From positions 64,001 to 128,000 of IMG/VR virus record IMGVR_UViG_3300028886_000037: a stretch of DNA of 64,000 nt, one strand, 5' to 3'. Made by a program: the position numbers and the translations under genes. This document shows positions 28,901 to 38,588 of the stretch, piece after piece. Under the pieces are notes generated by a model that saw only the letters and a program-made list of their open reading frames with translations, was not told the origin of the DNA and did no database searches. The stretch's first letter is position 1. Every line of letters starts with the position of its first letter. The DNA comes from a virus (Duplodnaviria; Caudoviricetes).

Positions 28901-30793
28901 TTATCGTGTTTGATAGTCAAGCACGCCAGAGCATGGACAGAACGTCGTCTCGCAGAAGTAGATGCGCTTGTTGACCCAGAACAGATCCACTCTCACGAAC
29001 TGGAACAGCTTAGCGATCGCTTCGACTACAGGTCTCATCGCAGCGACTGCTTCCTTCTGCTCGATGTTCAATCCCTTCTGGAGAGGCCAACTTCCCAAGC
29101 ACCAGTCTAGATCTTTTCCTTCGATGTCTGTGAACGCGATGTGCTCGATGATCACTTTGCTCGCTTTTCTCTGGATCTCTACGGCTACGATGTTGCCGTT
29201 CTCGCAGTAGAACTGATAGTCTGTCGGCTTGACGTCTCTCGGGAACAGGGACGGCTGAACTAGAATAGCTGGAGTGATCGTCTCGTACTGCCACTCGTAG
29301 CCAGCGATGTAAGCGTAGTTAGTGTCGAGCCATCCTCGTATCTTTTTCGCGAGGAAGTCGTAATTGATACCCTCAGTAGCGTTGAATCTGATGTTGTACC
29401 CTGATGCGTGATTGCACTTGAGAATGCAGTCATTCACTCGGCACAGCTCAAGAGCTTCCCTGATGTCGGAATCTGACGGCTTGTATCTCTCGTACAAGAG
29501 CGGAATTCTGATGTCTTCGAGACCGAGATCGTATAGTTCCTTGTACACGGCGCACTTGTCAGCCCAGAGGACTTTCTTTGGATTCGAGTCATAGAGCTTG
29601 TACAGGTTGATGCGGTCTGCGATGTTCAGGTCTTCGTAGTGACCTGGCTTGTCGATCTTGATGCTCGGCGCATTCTCTTGGATCCACTTGATAGCCAACG
29701 ACACTTTCTCTCTGTGCGTCGTAGCGAAACGGAAGTCTTCATAGCCGATCTTTCGATCCATTTTGTAGTCTCTAGCGTGATTCAGCTCGAGCTTGAACTG
29801 CGACTTGCGGATTGTCGTCGCATTCTCTCTGAACGGACTCCATACTGGATGGAACTGATCTTTGCCGTAGTCTTCGTGCTTCCACTCGCAGTAGCGCAGG
29901 AACTCGTCTTTCATGTCGAAGTCGAAGAAGTCGTATCCGCCATAGAAGCAGTTCTCTTCAAGCTTAGGAGAGTACCAGGGAGTCAGGCAAGCGCATGATC
30001 CACGCTTGATCTTCTCGTCCCAGTCCCATTGAGACTTGATGTGGTAGTGATAGAGACGGACGTTGCTCTGGAAGTCTATCGTTCCGAACGACGTGTTGCC
30101 CATGTCGAACGTGAGGACTTCGATAGGATGATGTCTCTTCTCCTTGTTTATCCAAGCCGTGAACATAGCAGCGTTTCTCTCGCCGTTTACGAATGGAACA
30201 TGTCCAGCTTCGTCAACGCCTGGCTGGATCTTCCACTCATACTCGTTGTACTCGGAGAACTTCACGATGCACTTGACCGTAGACTCTGTGTCGTTCCGGT
30301 GCTCTGTGTGAGTCAGAGCGAGAGGGCAGGACGGGTTTCGATCTACGAGAACGTCGTGGGTAGACATGTTGATGTGTGGAATGACTAGCGTGTCATAGTT
30401 CGTCTGCGGCTGTGCGTTCTCGTCGAGATACTCGCCGAAAGCTTTGTGTAGAACGATCTTGTAGTCGAGCTCGTTCTTCTCGTCGTTCGGATCGCGAAGA
30501 TAGAAGTACTCGTCATCGTCAAAGAAGGCTACGGCTTCATTCTCTTTGAAGATCTTGCCGTAAGCGCCGTTCATCAGGTCGGCATACAGCTTTCTCTGAT
30601 TCGGAAATCCGTTGAGACGGATATAGTGATAGTCGCCGAGAATCTCGTCTGCGATCTTCTTGACGTCGACGATAGAGTCGTTGTCGACGATGGTGAATCT
30701 TGCGCCGACAAAGCGGTTGTGATGATATTGGAGCCAGTATCTGATGTCTGGCTCGTCGTAAGCTTTAGTCAACAAGACAAAGTTAAGGTCCAT
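28901..30793 (-). CDS. Fusion of a GT-A glycosyltransferase and a TupA-like ATP-grasp domain
   Basis: N-terminus DEPDIRYWLQYH, IVDNDS, FFDDDEY, KCIV, LYHYHIKS; C-terminus ADK..V, LKCNHASG, DYQFYC.NG, FVRVDL....IYF.E.TF.P.SG. Confidence 0.75.
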   Translation of the reverse strand: MDLNFVLLTKAYDEPDIRYWLQYHHNRFVGARFTIVDNDSIVDVKKIADEILGDYHYIRLNGFPNQRKLYADLMNGAYGKIFKENEAVAFFDDDEYFYLRDPNDEKNELDYKIVLHKAFGEYLDENAQPQTNYDTLVIPHINMSTHDVLVDRNPSCPLALTHTEHRNDTESTVKCIVKFSEYNEYEWKIQPGVDEAGHVPFVNGERNAAMFTAWINKEKRHHPIEVLTFDMGNTSFGTIDFQSNVRLYHYHIKSQWDWDEKIKRGSCACLTPWYSPKLEENCFYGGYDFFDFDMKDEFLRYCEWKHEDYGKDQFHPVWSPFRENATTIRKSQFKLELNHARDYKMDRKIGYEDFRFATTHREKVSLAIKWIQENAPSIKIDKPGHYEDLNIADRINLYKLYDSNPKKVLWADKCAVYKELYDLGLEDIRIPLLYERYKPSDSDIREALELCRVNDCILKCNHASGYNIRFNATEGINYDFLAKKIRGWLDTNYAYIAGYEWQYETITPAILVQPSLFPRDVKPTDYQFYCENGNIVAVEIQRKASKVIIEHIAFTDIEGKDLDWCLGSWPLQKGLNIEQKEAVAAMRPVVEAIAKLFQFVRVDLFWVNKRIYFCETTFCPCSGVLDYQTR

Positions 30794-30840
30794 GTTAAAA
30801 CCTCTTTTAAGTTCAATCTAGAATGAAATATAGAATAAAA

Positions 30841-31068
30841 TCAGAACGATGTTCTGTCAACCCAGGAACTTTTCATGAATTCCATAAAGGGCTTAGAGTG
30901 CTCTACGCCGTCCTTAGTGGTGAACTTCACTTCCGTGGAGCTGAAAGAAGTGATAGTCACCTTCTTTGGACAGCAAGCTTTCTCGCTAGCTGTGTAGCAG
31001 TGTAGTCCCTCGTGAAGAGAGAATCCGTAACGTTTGAATGCGCCTTCGCAGATCGGACAGACCATCAT
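30841..31068 (-). CDS. Small Cys-rich hypothetical protein
   Basis: GGAGG RBS, CPIC...C...CC; coupled to the upstream stop. Confidence 0.45.
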   Translation of the reverse strand: MMVCPICEGAFKRYGFSLHEGLHCYTASEKACCPKKVTITSFSSTEVKFTTKDGVEHSKPFMEFMKSSWVDRTSF

Positions 31069-31625
31069 CCCTCCAGAATCTTGTCGAGCTCGTCGTTGAC
31101 TCGGATCACAGTAGCTCTCTTGGACAGAGACTCTGTGTTTCCAAGAGCGTTCTGGATTCGATAGCTCGCGTCCATCGAGCGGACCCATGTCATCTTAGAC
31201 AGACGGTTCATATAGGGTCTGAGCCACTTTCTGAGCTGGCCGATGAACAAGTCAAGGTTAGAGATGCAGTCGTTCTCTTCGGCTGTCTTCGGCTCACGGA
31301 GAAGCTTTCCGTCTTTGTCGATCAGTCCGAGCTTGTAAGCCTTAGTCGTAGTGGGAACGGTGAGAAGGTTCTTCAAGAAGATGTACACGAGAATGTTGTC
31401 CACGCTGCGTGAGTGCGTAGACATCGAGATCTTCTTGTTAGCTGCTTTGAGCGACTTCATAGTCGACTGCGCTTCGTTGATGATATTGTCACTTTCCAGC
31501 GCCGCTACGGCCATTTTGCCGTTACGCTGTAGTTTCTCAAGGAAGTGCTTGTTATCACCCGCAGAAGCGGCTTCTATGCGCTCAAAACACTTGTTTAGAA
31601 CTTCAATCACTTGAGCATTCTCCAA
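31065..31625 (-). CDS. Conserved T4-like hypothetical protein (61.1-like)
   Basis: TKAYKLGLIDKDGKLLREP motif. Confidence 0.55.
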   Translation of the reverse strand: MENAQVIEVLNKCFERIEAASAGDNKHFLEKLQRNGKMAVAALESDNIINEAQSTMKSLKAANKKISMSTHSRSVDNILVYIFLKNLLTVPTTTKAYKLGLIDKDGKLLREPKTAEENDCISNLDLFIGQLRKWLRPYMNRLSKMTWVRSMDASYRIQNALGNTESLSKRATVIRVNDELDKILEG

Positions 31626-31804
31626 ACTGGCTTACTTCCGTACTTTCTGAGCTGATCTTTCACAGCGTCTCGAACGTCGCTGTCAAGCTCGTCCCAGAAG
31701 ACTTTGTCTGAGTACTTTCCACGCTCAAGAGCTACCTTGTACAAGTCCTTGTGGGCCTGTACGAAGGGTTGATTCTCTAGCTCTTCTAACGTTATCTCGC
31801 TCAT
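31607..31804 (-). CDS. Hypothetical protein
   Basis: 65 aa, coupled to its neighbours. Confidence 0.5.
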   Translation of the reverse strand: MSEITLEELENQPFVQAHKDLYKVALERGKYSDKVFWDELDSDVRDAVKDQLRKYGSKPVWRMLK

Positions 31805-32760
31805 TACTTCTTCTTTCTCTTCTTCGGTGCAGGCATCTGGATAGGCGTCTGCGTCTCTGACTCAACAATCGGAGCATCGAGATCGGTGTCTGATACGAAG
31901 TTCTCAGCTGTGGGCTCTTCGATAGTCGGAGGAACGATCAAGCTCACGTCGGTGTTTCCAGCGCCAGCGAGCATCACGTCTGCGATGTCGAAGTTGCTCG
32001 ATTCAGCTTGCTGCGGTGCCTGGTAGGTCTCGACGGGCTGTTCGTAAGTCTGTTCCTGCGGCTGTTCCTGTTCCTGCATCTCTTCTGGAAGCGGTGCGAA
32101 GTCAACCTTCTGCGGTGCAGCTTGCTGTTGATTCTGCGGAACTGGAATGTTGCTGTGAATCTCGACTGGATGAATCTCTGTCGGCGGAATCACGTCAGTG
32201 AGGATAGCGTTTAGCAGCTCGGGATTGTATACTCCAGCCTGAAGGTTCGGCTCGCCAGCTCTTCTCGGAACTGGATTCGGGTTAGATCCTTCGATCTTGA
32301 CTGGCTTCTTGAACGGCTTTGGCGCTGGCTTCGGCTCTGGACGGCGCGGCAGATCCTCTTCTCTCTCGTTGATCTCATCGTCTCTGTAACGGACTCTTTC
32401 CGGCGGACGACGGTAGTTCGGACTGTACCTGAGGTTTGCCATTCTGTCCTCGTAGTTCGTTCCGCCCTTGAGACTATCGATGTATCTAGCGAGAGAGTCT
32501 GCGATGCCCTCATCGATCTTCTTTAGACCAGCTAGGCCGTAACGGATGAAGCATGAGTCGATCTTCTTGTACAGACGCTGCTTGTAGAAGTCGACTTCGT
32601 CCATCACTTTCTCGTCTTCGCGGTCGAAGGTTCTCTCTTCAACTCTAGCTCTTCTTTGAGGAGCTCTTTCCTCATAGTTCTCTTCCACCTCGGGTTCGAA
32701 ATCCGGTTCGACCTGCGAAGCTGGTCTTCTTTGACTTTCTAAGAAATCATGAAATCCCAT
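31804..32760 (-). CDS. Low-complexity Pro/Glu/Gln-rich late protein
   Basis: TATAAATA at 32793-32800; start MGFHDFLE. Confidence 0.6.
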   Translation of the reverse strand: MGFHDFLESQRRPASQVEPDFEPEVEENYEERAPQRRARVEERTFDREDEKVMDEVDFYKQRLYKKIDSCFIRYGLAGLKKIDEGIADSLARYIDSLKGGTNYEDRMANLRYSPNYRRPPERVRYRDDEINEREEDLPRRPEPKPAPKPFKKPVKIEGSNPNPVPRRAGEPNLQAGVYNPELLNAILTDVIPPTEIHPVEIHSNIPVPQNQQQAAPQKVDFAPLPEEMQEQEQPQEQTYEQPVETYQAPQQAESSNFDIADVMLAGAGNTDVSLIVPPTIEEPTAENFVSDTDLDAPIVESETQTPIQMPAPKKRKKK

Positions 32761-32795
32761 ATTAGTTGTCCTCAATGTTGAGTGTTCTGTGTTAT

Positions 32796-33203
32796 TTATA
32801 CCGTCTTGTCGGACTCTTTGGCTGCCTTCGCAGCTTCACGTCTAGCTTTGCGGCGCTTCCTTGCACGCTCACGGCGATATTCCTTCTTCTCTTCCGGAGA
32901 CATTTTCTTGAGCTTGTTGTATTTTCCGCGAGGCACGATGTTGCACGTCCAGTCTTTTTCGAGAAGAGTCGGATCTGGTGCAGCGGAACGGAACCAGATT
33001 CGGCCGCTATTCACGGCTGCCATCGTGGATCCCCATCGGACTATGCGGAACTTTTTCTTGACGAAGTTGAACTTCGCCTCCATCAAGTCTCCTTGGATCG
33101 AGAGCACCTTGTAGTCGTTGCCCTGTTCGTCTTTGTACTCACCGCCCACCTTGAACTGGGGCACCTGGATCACTTCCTTCTCGAGATAAGATTCGTTCTT
33201 CAT
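32796..33203 (-). CDS. Hypothetical protein with a basic C-terminal helix
   Basis: GGAG RBS; EEKKEYRRERARKRRKARRE. Confidence 0.55.
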   Translation of the reverse strand: MKNESYLEKEVIQVPQFKVGGEYKDEQGNDYKVLSIQGDLMEAKFNFVKKKFRIVRWGSTMAAVNSGRIWFRSAAPDPTLLEKDWTCNIVPRGKYNKLKKMSPEEKKEYRRERARKRRKARREAAKAAKESDKTV

Positions 33204-33471
33204 AATTCTCCACTAGTCTGTTTAGTTCGTCGAGCAAGATCTCCTTTCCGATGAACTCGTCAGACAAATGGATTGAAACGAAAGCGACAATCTCTTCGAC
33301 TGTCTTGAACTTCTCGTCTTGGAACTTGTTGAGGTTTTCAGTTACTTTTGTAGCGGTACCGAGCAAGTCCATCATGCGCTTGCACTCGGCCGGATTCTTG
33401 ATCATCCTCATCACGTCTTTCTCGCGACGAGTCTTGGGAATGGCGTTAGCCCACGTATGCTTCTTTTTCAT
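33139..33471 (-). CDS. Hypothetical protein
   Basis: ORF in an operon, overlapping its neighbours. Confidence 0.5.
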   Translation of the reverse strand: MKKKHTWANAIPKTRREKDVMRMIKNPAECKRMMDLLGTATKVTENLNKFQDEKFKTVEEIVAFVSIHLSDEFIGKEILLDELNRLVENYEERILSREGSDPGAPVQGGR

Positions 33472-33739
33472 CAGAGTCACCCTGAAATTCGTTCATTGCG
33501 CACTCTAGAAGGTACTGGTAGGACTCGCGATCTACAAACGAGAAGAACGGGAGCTTCTTGTGATTGCTCTCGTTTACTGGGAACTTCAGCCACCATTTTC
33601 CCGTTGTCGGATCGTTGAACAGCTTTACGCCTGTGATGCGGAAGAGACCGCAGAGAGTAGCTTTGAATATCGCTACGCAGTTGTGTGAGCCGTCTTTGAG
33701 TTTTACCATATCTAGTGTGTCGACTGTCATTTTAGTCAT
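33446..33739 (-). CDS. SpoVG-like nucleic-acid-binding protein
   Basis: VAIFKATLCGLFRITGVKLF....GKWWLKFP pattern; early promoter at 33801-33829. Confidence 0.6.
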   Translation of the reverse strand: MTKMTVDTLDMVKLKDGSHNCVAIFKATLCGLFRITGVKLFNDPTTGKWWLKFPVNESNHKKLPFFSFVDRESYQYLLECAMNEFQGDSDEKEAYVG

Positions 33740-33830
33740 GTTAGCTCTTTCCTTAAAGTTATGTTCTATTTATATCTTCTCGGACTCTAACATTATTTTT
33801 AATATAAGAAGTTCGAGACGACTTGTAAAC

Positions 33831-34616
33831 CTATATTTTGGATAGTTTACGATTTTTTACATGAGATTCGTTGATTTTGTTCATAGGATTCAGCCAGATT
33901 TTCTCTGAATCAGTGCCGAGCTTCAGGTCGAGCTCCTGGTACATGAGCTCTTCGTCATAAGAGATTCCGTACTTGATGTCGTCCATGAGCATGTCGAAAG
34001 TAGCGTAGTTCTTCACTCGGTTCTTCGAGCTCTGCTCACGATTCGGCTTTACTTTGAAGATTCCTCTAGCGTCTGTCTTCTTGATCTCTTCGATCTGCTC
34101 TGGCGTCAGAGACTTCACTGGAATCAGATCACGGCTTCTCAGCACTACGACGTACACGTTAGCGAGCGTCTTAGTCGAGTGAATGAGCTTAGCGTGATTC
34201 TTTTTCTCTTCCTCTGTGTCGTCAGCGAACTGCTCGATCGGTCCGATCTTCTTTCCGTAGATCGCAGTAGCTTGTCTAGCGATCTTCGTCCAGAAAGCGC
34301 CGTGTCCAGCTCTATATCTTCTCGTGTCTGGATTCATCATGTTGTTGTACAGATGGATCATCTCGTGAAGTATAGTGTTAGCGAGCGGTTTCTTGTTGTC
34401 GAAGAGATAGCGGTTGACATAGATGTACTTCTTGCCGTTGTCATAGAGCGAAAGCCCGCTGACCGAGTCGAAGTCTTCTTGGCCGAAATACTCAACAGCT
34501 TCTGATTTGTCACATGTTATGACGCATTTTCCGAGCTTACAACCCAATTCTCCAAGGAAAAAGTCCTTGTCGAAAAATGCATAAATCCGCTTCGCGTCAG
34601 CTAGTGAGTATTTCAT
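33831..34616 (-). CDS. SprT-like zinc metalloprotease
   Basis: TILHEMIH...GHGAFW. Confidence 0.75.
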   Translation of the reverse strand: MKYSLADAKRIYAFFDKDFFLGELGCKLGKCVITCDKSEAVEYFGQEDFDSVSGLSLYDNGKKYIYVNRYLFDNKKPLANTILHEMIHLYNNMMNPDTRRYRAGHGAFWTKIARQATAIYGKKIGPIEQFADDTEEEKKNHAKLIHSTKTLANVYVVVLRSRDLIPVKSLTPEQIEEIKKTDARGIFKVKPNREQSSKNRVKNYATFDMLMDDIKYGISYDEELMYQELDLKLGTDSEKIWLNPMNKINESHVKNRKLSKI

Positions 34617-34641
34617 CGGCTACCTCTCGTATTGGTCTTAG

Positions 34642-36255
34642 CTAGAATCCTATGTCGTCATCTCCTTCCAGATCCTCGTCCTTGTCTTCTGGAGCAGCCT
34701 CATCCTTAGCAGCCTTAGCAGCGTCGATGATAGCTTCGCACTCCTGATTGATGTACTGCTGATTCTTGATGATGTCAGAGTCAGACATGTGAAGGATCGT
34801 CTCGTAGAGATACTGTTTGGAGATCAACGGCTTAGCCTCTTCTGAGTCAGGCTTAGCGTTTGCGAGGCTCGGGAGCATCTGCTGGAGCTGGCTTATGATT
34901 CCGCCCATCTTCTCCCATACTGCTAGCTGTCTGATCTTCTCGAAGCTGTTTGCGCCGTTGAGGTTGATGTTGTAGAGTGCTGGATCAAGATACTTTTTCT
35001 TGAATCCGACAAGCTTCAAATGGACTAGGAACGTGTGCTTGATGATCTGGTCGCAGTATCTCTGTGCGAGATCCCGGCACATCTCCTGGAAAGCGATCTC
35101 GTTGACTTCCTGTTCTGGAGAAACGCTGTAGTTCGTTCCACCGCTTTCTCCGTTCGCCCATCTCTGAGCCGGGAAGAGAATAGCGTCCATCACTTGCTGC
35201 TGGAACATTCTCACGTCGTCCATCTGGCCGTTGAACTCGGTAGAAGACTTGATCGGCTCGACGGTAGTGCCATAGCCCTGGTCAGTCTTTCCGACGAAGA
35301 TGTCTTCCGTGAACGACTGGACGTTCTTAGAGCACTCGATCATGCCCGTCACTGGGTTGATCGTCATAGTCTTGCGGTACTTGTTCTTGATGTCGTTGAT
35401 CATCGCATTAGCAGCAGCGTCGTTCTTACGGCCGATGAAGATGTTCCATAGTCTTCTCTCTGGAGCACGGTTGATTCTAGTGACCGTCAATGCGTCCTCG
35501 ATAGCTCTCAGCTGATTCAATGGACGGATAGCAGCGTCCAAGTGACCGCGAACGTCGTTTCTGTTAGAGCCCCACATGCCGTAGTCAGAGTAAGAGATCT
35601 GGTCGAGCGTGAACTTCTTGATCTCGCCAGTCGACTGTAGATCGATCATTCTCGGATCTTGGATGTAGCCGACAGCCTTGCCCTCTTCGTAGATGACTAG
35701 CGAGCAGTATGGCGGAAGGACCTTGAGTCCAACGAGCTTGCTTCCGTCGTCAGCAGCGCAGTTCTCCACGAACTGTTCTCCATCCACGAGCCATCTTCTG
35801 ACCATGTTCTTGATCTTGCTGCTTCCGCCGAAGACGCAGTTGATCACGTAGTCGAACTCCTCCTTGAGTGACTTGTACTCAGTCTGATTGAACTGGTCTG
35901 CGAAAGCCTTAGTGATGTTGAATGATGCGATCTCGTTCTCAGCGTTCGGCTTGCACATCTCGTTGATCATGACCATGATGGCCTTCTTGATGAGCGGGTA
36001 GTTGAACATGCTGCGGTAGAAAGCGATTCTCTGTTTCTTGGTCTCGAAGACAGCATCGAACAGAATAGACTGCTGGTCTGGGTTGACAGCATCGCCGTTC
36101 TTAGATCCCCAGCCTCCAGCGGCAGCGCTCCAGTTCGTCTGGTCTTCATCAAGACCGATTGAGTTGTTCTTAGCTTCAAGTTCACGAAGAGTCTGTGCGT
36201 CCTCCTCGTTCTTCAAGAAATTGTTGCTTAGAAAGTTTAGAAAGTTCAGATTCAT
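34642..36255 (-). CDS. gp20: Portal vertex protein, T4 gp20-like
   Basis: YRSM, RRWLVDG, HLDAAIRPLNQLRAIEDAL...RINRAPERR; TATAAATA at 36275-36282. Confidence 0.92.
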   Translation of the reverse strand: MNLNFLNFLSNNFLKNEEDAQTLRELEAKNNSIGLDEDQTNWSAAAGGWGSKNGDAVNPDQQSILFDAVFETKKQRIAFYRSMFNYPLIKKAIMVMINEMCKPNAENEIASFNITKAFADQFNQTEYKSLKEEFDYVINCVFGGSSKIKNMVRRWLVDGEQFVENCAADDGSKLVGLKVLPPYCSLVIYEEGKAVGYIQDPRMIDLQSTGEIKKFTLDQISYSDYGMWGSNRNDVRGHLDAAIRPLNQLRAIEDALTVTRINRAPERRLWNIFIGRKNDAAANAMINDIKNKYRKTMTINPVTGMIECSKNVQSFTEDIFVGKTDQGYGTTVEPIKSSTEFNGQMDDVRMFQQQVMDAILFPAQRWANGESGGTNYSVSPEQEVNEIAFQEMCRDLAQRYCDQIIKHTFLVHLKLVGFKKKYLDPALYNINLNGANSFEKIRQLAVWEKMGGIISQLQQMLPSLANAKPDSEEAKPLISKQYLYETILHMSDSDIIKNQQYINQECEAIIDAAKAAKDEAAPEDKDEDLEGDDDIGF

Positions 36256-36288
36256 AGGTATTTCCCTTATGAGTTATTTATAAGACCG

Positions 36289-36819
36289 CTACTGCTTCTT
36301 TACGAGTCCGAAGATCTCGTTCTCTGTGATAGCCCTGAACGTGAATCCACGCTTAGCTGCCCATACTTTAGCAGCCTCCCACTTCTCAGCGTTTCTCCGT
36401 ATAACCTGGCACTTCTCCTGCCATTTCGCTAGAGCTCTCTGAGTCTTTCTCTTCGGCGCCGGAGGGTAGATCACGTTGCCGTTAGCGTCGAGCTTCTCTG
36501 CCTGATTGTCTGGCTTCACTTCGACGGCATACTTCTGTATCTTTCCAGACTTGTCCCTCAGGATGATGAGAAAGTCTAAGATGTACTTGTGGCTGCGATT
36601 GTCTATCTGAGAGTAGTAAGGAATCTCTACGACTTCAGAACCCCAAGACAGAATGTCCAGCTCCATGTCACAGAAGTTGCACATGATCTGCTCCCATGAG
36701 CTTCTGTACGTGATCGGAAGCGTCTTGTCAGGGTATAGTTTTCCATTGAAGTTCAGACACTTCTCTGGATGCTTAGGAACGAAAGTTCCCTGATAGTAGT
36801 TTTTCGCAAATACTGACAC
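36289..36819 (-). CDS. gp4: Head completion nuclease, T4 gp4-like
   Basis: YRSSWE...CD....WGSE..EIPY...D...HKY..DF...EVKP...KWEAA. Confidence 0.85.
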   Translation of the reverse strand: MSVFAKNYYQGTFVPKHPEKCLNFNGKLYPDKTLPITYRSSWEQIMCNFCDMELDILSWGSEVVEIPYYSQIDNRSHKYILDFLIILRDKSGKIQKYAVEVKPDNQAEKLDANGNVIYPPAPKRKTQRALAKWQEKCQVIRRNAEKWEAAKVWAAKRGFTFRAITENEIFGLVKKQ

Positions 36820-36884
36820 AAAGTATTTACACGAAAAAAGACTGGATCCACAAGAGATCCAGTCTCTTTGGCATGCAGGAGACT

Positions 36885-37157
36885 TTACTTGACTTTCTTG
36901 TAAGTCGGTTTCTTGACGGTAGCTGTGAAGACGGTCTTAGTCGTCGACCAAGGACGTTCGTAACGCAGATCCTGACACTTCCTTTGCCATTTCTCGGTTT
37001 TCTGAAGCCAGACAGCAAATTGCTGATTATACATTGGCTTGTCCAAGACTGTATTTCTATTGAGCTTCTCTATGACTGCTCTATCGGCCAAATCTTCGTC
37101 ATATTCGATGTAGATGTCTGTGTTCATTGTATCTCCTTTTCTAGTCTTCTTCCTCAT
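36885..37157 (-). CDS. Hypothetical protein
   Basis: Downstream of the primase; hairpin at 36838-36866. Confidence 0.45.
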   Translation of the reverse strand: MRKKTRKGDTMNTDIYIEYDEDLADRAVIEKLNRNTVLDKPMYNQQFAVWLQKTEKWQRKCQDLRYERPWSTTKTVFTATVKKPTYKKVK

Positions 37158-38244
37158 CCACTTCTGGCGTATCTCCTCTCTGCGGCAGAGGAAGATCTTC
37201 TTTCACCTTAGCCAGTTCTAGCGCCTTGTACTGGTCGGGATAGCGTGTAAAATAGCGTCTCAGCTCTTCGATCGTGAACTTCTTTCGTCTCTTCAGGTAC
37301 ATTACGACGTCGTTGATGTCATTGATGTCTGTCGGAAGATTGTAGTCGAAGATGAACGAGCTCCACATGAAGACTGGTCGTCCCTGATTGACTCTCTTCC
37401 AAGCGTTCTTTCGTCCGCCCTTGTCGTTGTCGAAGATGAACCAGCAGTTCAAGTTCTTGAGCTTGTCATCGATCTCGCCAGAGGATCCAGCGCCGACAGT
37501 CGCCGTAGAGTTCTCGACGAACATGCTGTTGATCGGACCCTCTAGAACGGCGATTGGCTTCTCTTTGTCCACGAAGTCCCAGTTGTAGAGTGCAGTGCTT
37601 CCGACTCTAGACAGGTACTTGACGTCGTTGTCCTTGTCCAAGGTGCGCCCCTGGAAGAATTCGATCTTGCCGTCCTTGTCGTAGAACGGAATGATCACGC
37701 GTCCGCGATACTTGTCTTCGTCGCAGTAGTAGAACCGCTTCCAAACCTCTTCGGGAATCAAGCGGCTCTTGCAGAAGTGAATAGCAGCCAACTGGTACTT
37801 GCCAGGTTTGTCGATCTTCTTGAAGAATCGTGTCGCCTTGCGGTCCTTCTCGATAGCTCTCTGCAGGTCCTGCTTCTCTTTGATAAGGTCATCTGCTCTC
37901 TTGCGTTCGATAATAGCCTTCAGGGCATCGACTTCCTTCTTGTCTTTCTTTCCGTAAGACTTCAGCTCTTCGACATACTGGTCGTAGAGGCTCGAGTTGA
38001 CTTCCTTCAGCCACTTAGTAGCGAGAATTCCGTGATCAGCGCAACGGCAAGAGGCTCTCCAGCACGTATAGCACCAACGATAGGTGTTTGTGAGCCATAG
38101 AGTGCCCTTTAAGTCCTTGTCGCCGCAGAACGGACAGTTCACCTTGATCTCGCGTCCACGGCCCTTGTGGCGGACCGTATCGACTGCACGACGGATGTAC
38201 TTCTCTAGGACAAAAGTCTTTGTCTGGTCATCAACTTCGAACAT
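37141..38244 (-). CDS. gp61: DNA primase, T4 gp61-like
   Basis: CPFCGD Zn finger, RVIIPF, FQGR, KY, LEGPINS, FDND. Confidence 0.9.
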   Translation of the reverse strand: MFEVDDQTKTFVLEKYIRRAVDTVRHKGRGREIKVNCPFCGDKDLKGTLWLTNTYRWCYTCWRASCRCADHGILATKWLKEVNSSLYDQYVEELKSYGKKDKKEVDALKAIIERKRADDLIKEKQDLQRAIEKDRKATRFFKKIDKPGKYQLAAIHFCKSRLIPEEVWKRFYYCDEDKYRGRVIIPFYDKDGKIEFFQGRTLDKDNDVKYLSRVGSTALYNWDFVDKEKPIAVLEGPINSMFVENSTATVGAGSSGEIDDKLKNLNCWFIFDNDKGGRKNAWKRVNQGRPVFMWSSFIFDYNLPTDINDINDVVMYLKRRKKFTIEELRRYFTRYPDQYKALELAKVKEDLPLPQRGDTPEVDEEED

Positions 38245-38588
38245 TAGAACTCACAGAGCTTTCTGAAATCAGGTCCAATTTCACCAGCGATGTAGTTGTT
38301 CGTGTGGACGAAGTAATTGGTCTCCTCGCCCGCATGCCAAGCGACGATAACCTGAACTAGTCCTCTGTTCGGCATCTCGACCAAAGAGATAGCAGCGCTG
38401 TACTTGCGTTTGTCCATCTCTTTTCTCAGCTTCTTGCACTGAGCAGTGTAGTACTTGATCACGTTCTCACGATTGACCTTCTTGTACTTGTAGTGATTCG
38501 CAGAGATTAGATCGAAGAGGATCTTTACGAACTCGTTGTCTTTCATCTCTTCGTCGGTCTTGTAGTGTGAAGTTTTCTTCTTAGCCAT
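38244..38588 (-). CDS. Hypothetical protein
   Basis: Coupled ORF. Confidence 0.55.
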   Translation of the reverse strand: MAKKKTSHYKTDEEMKDNEFVKILFDLISANHYKYKKVNRENVIKYYTAQCKKLRKEMDKRKYSAAISLVEMPNRGLVQVIVAWHAGEETNYFVHTNNYIAGEIGPDFRKLCEF

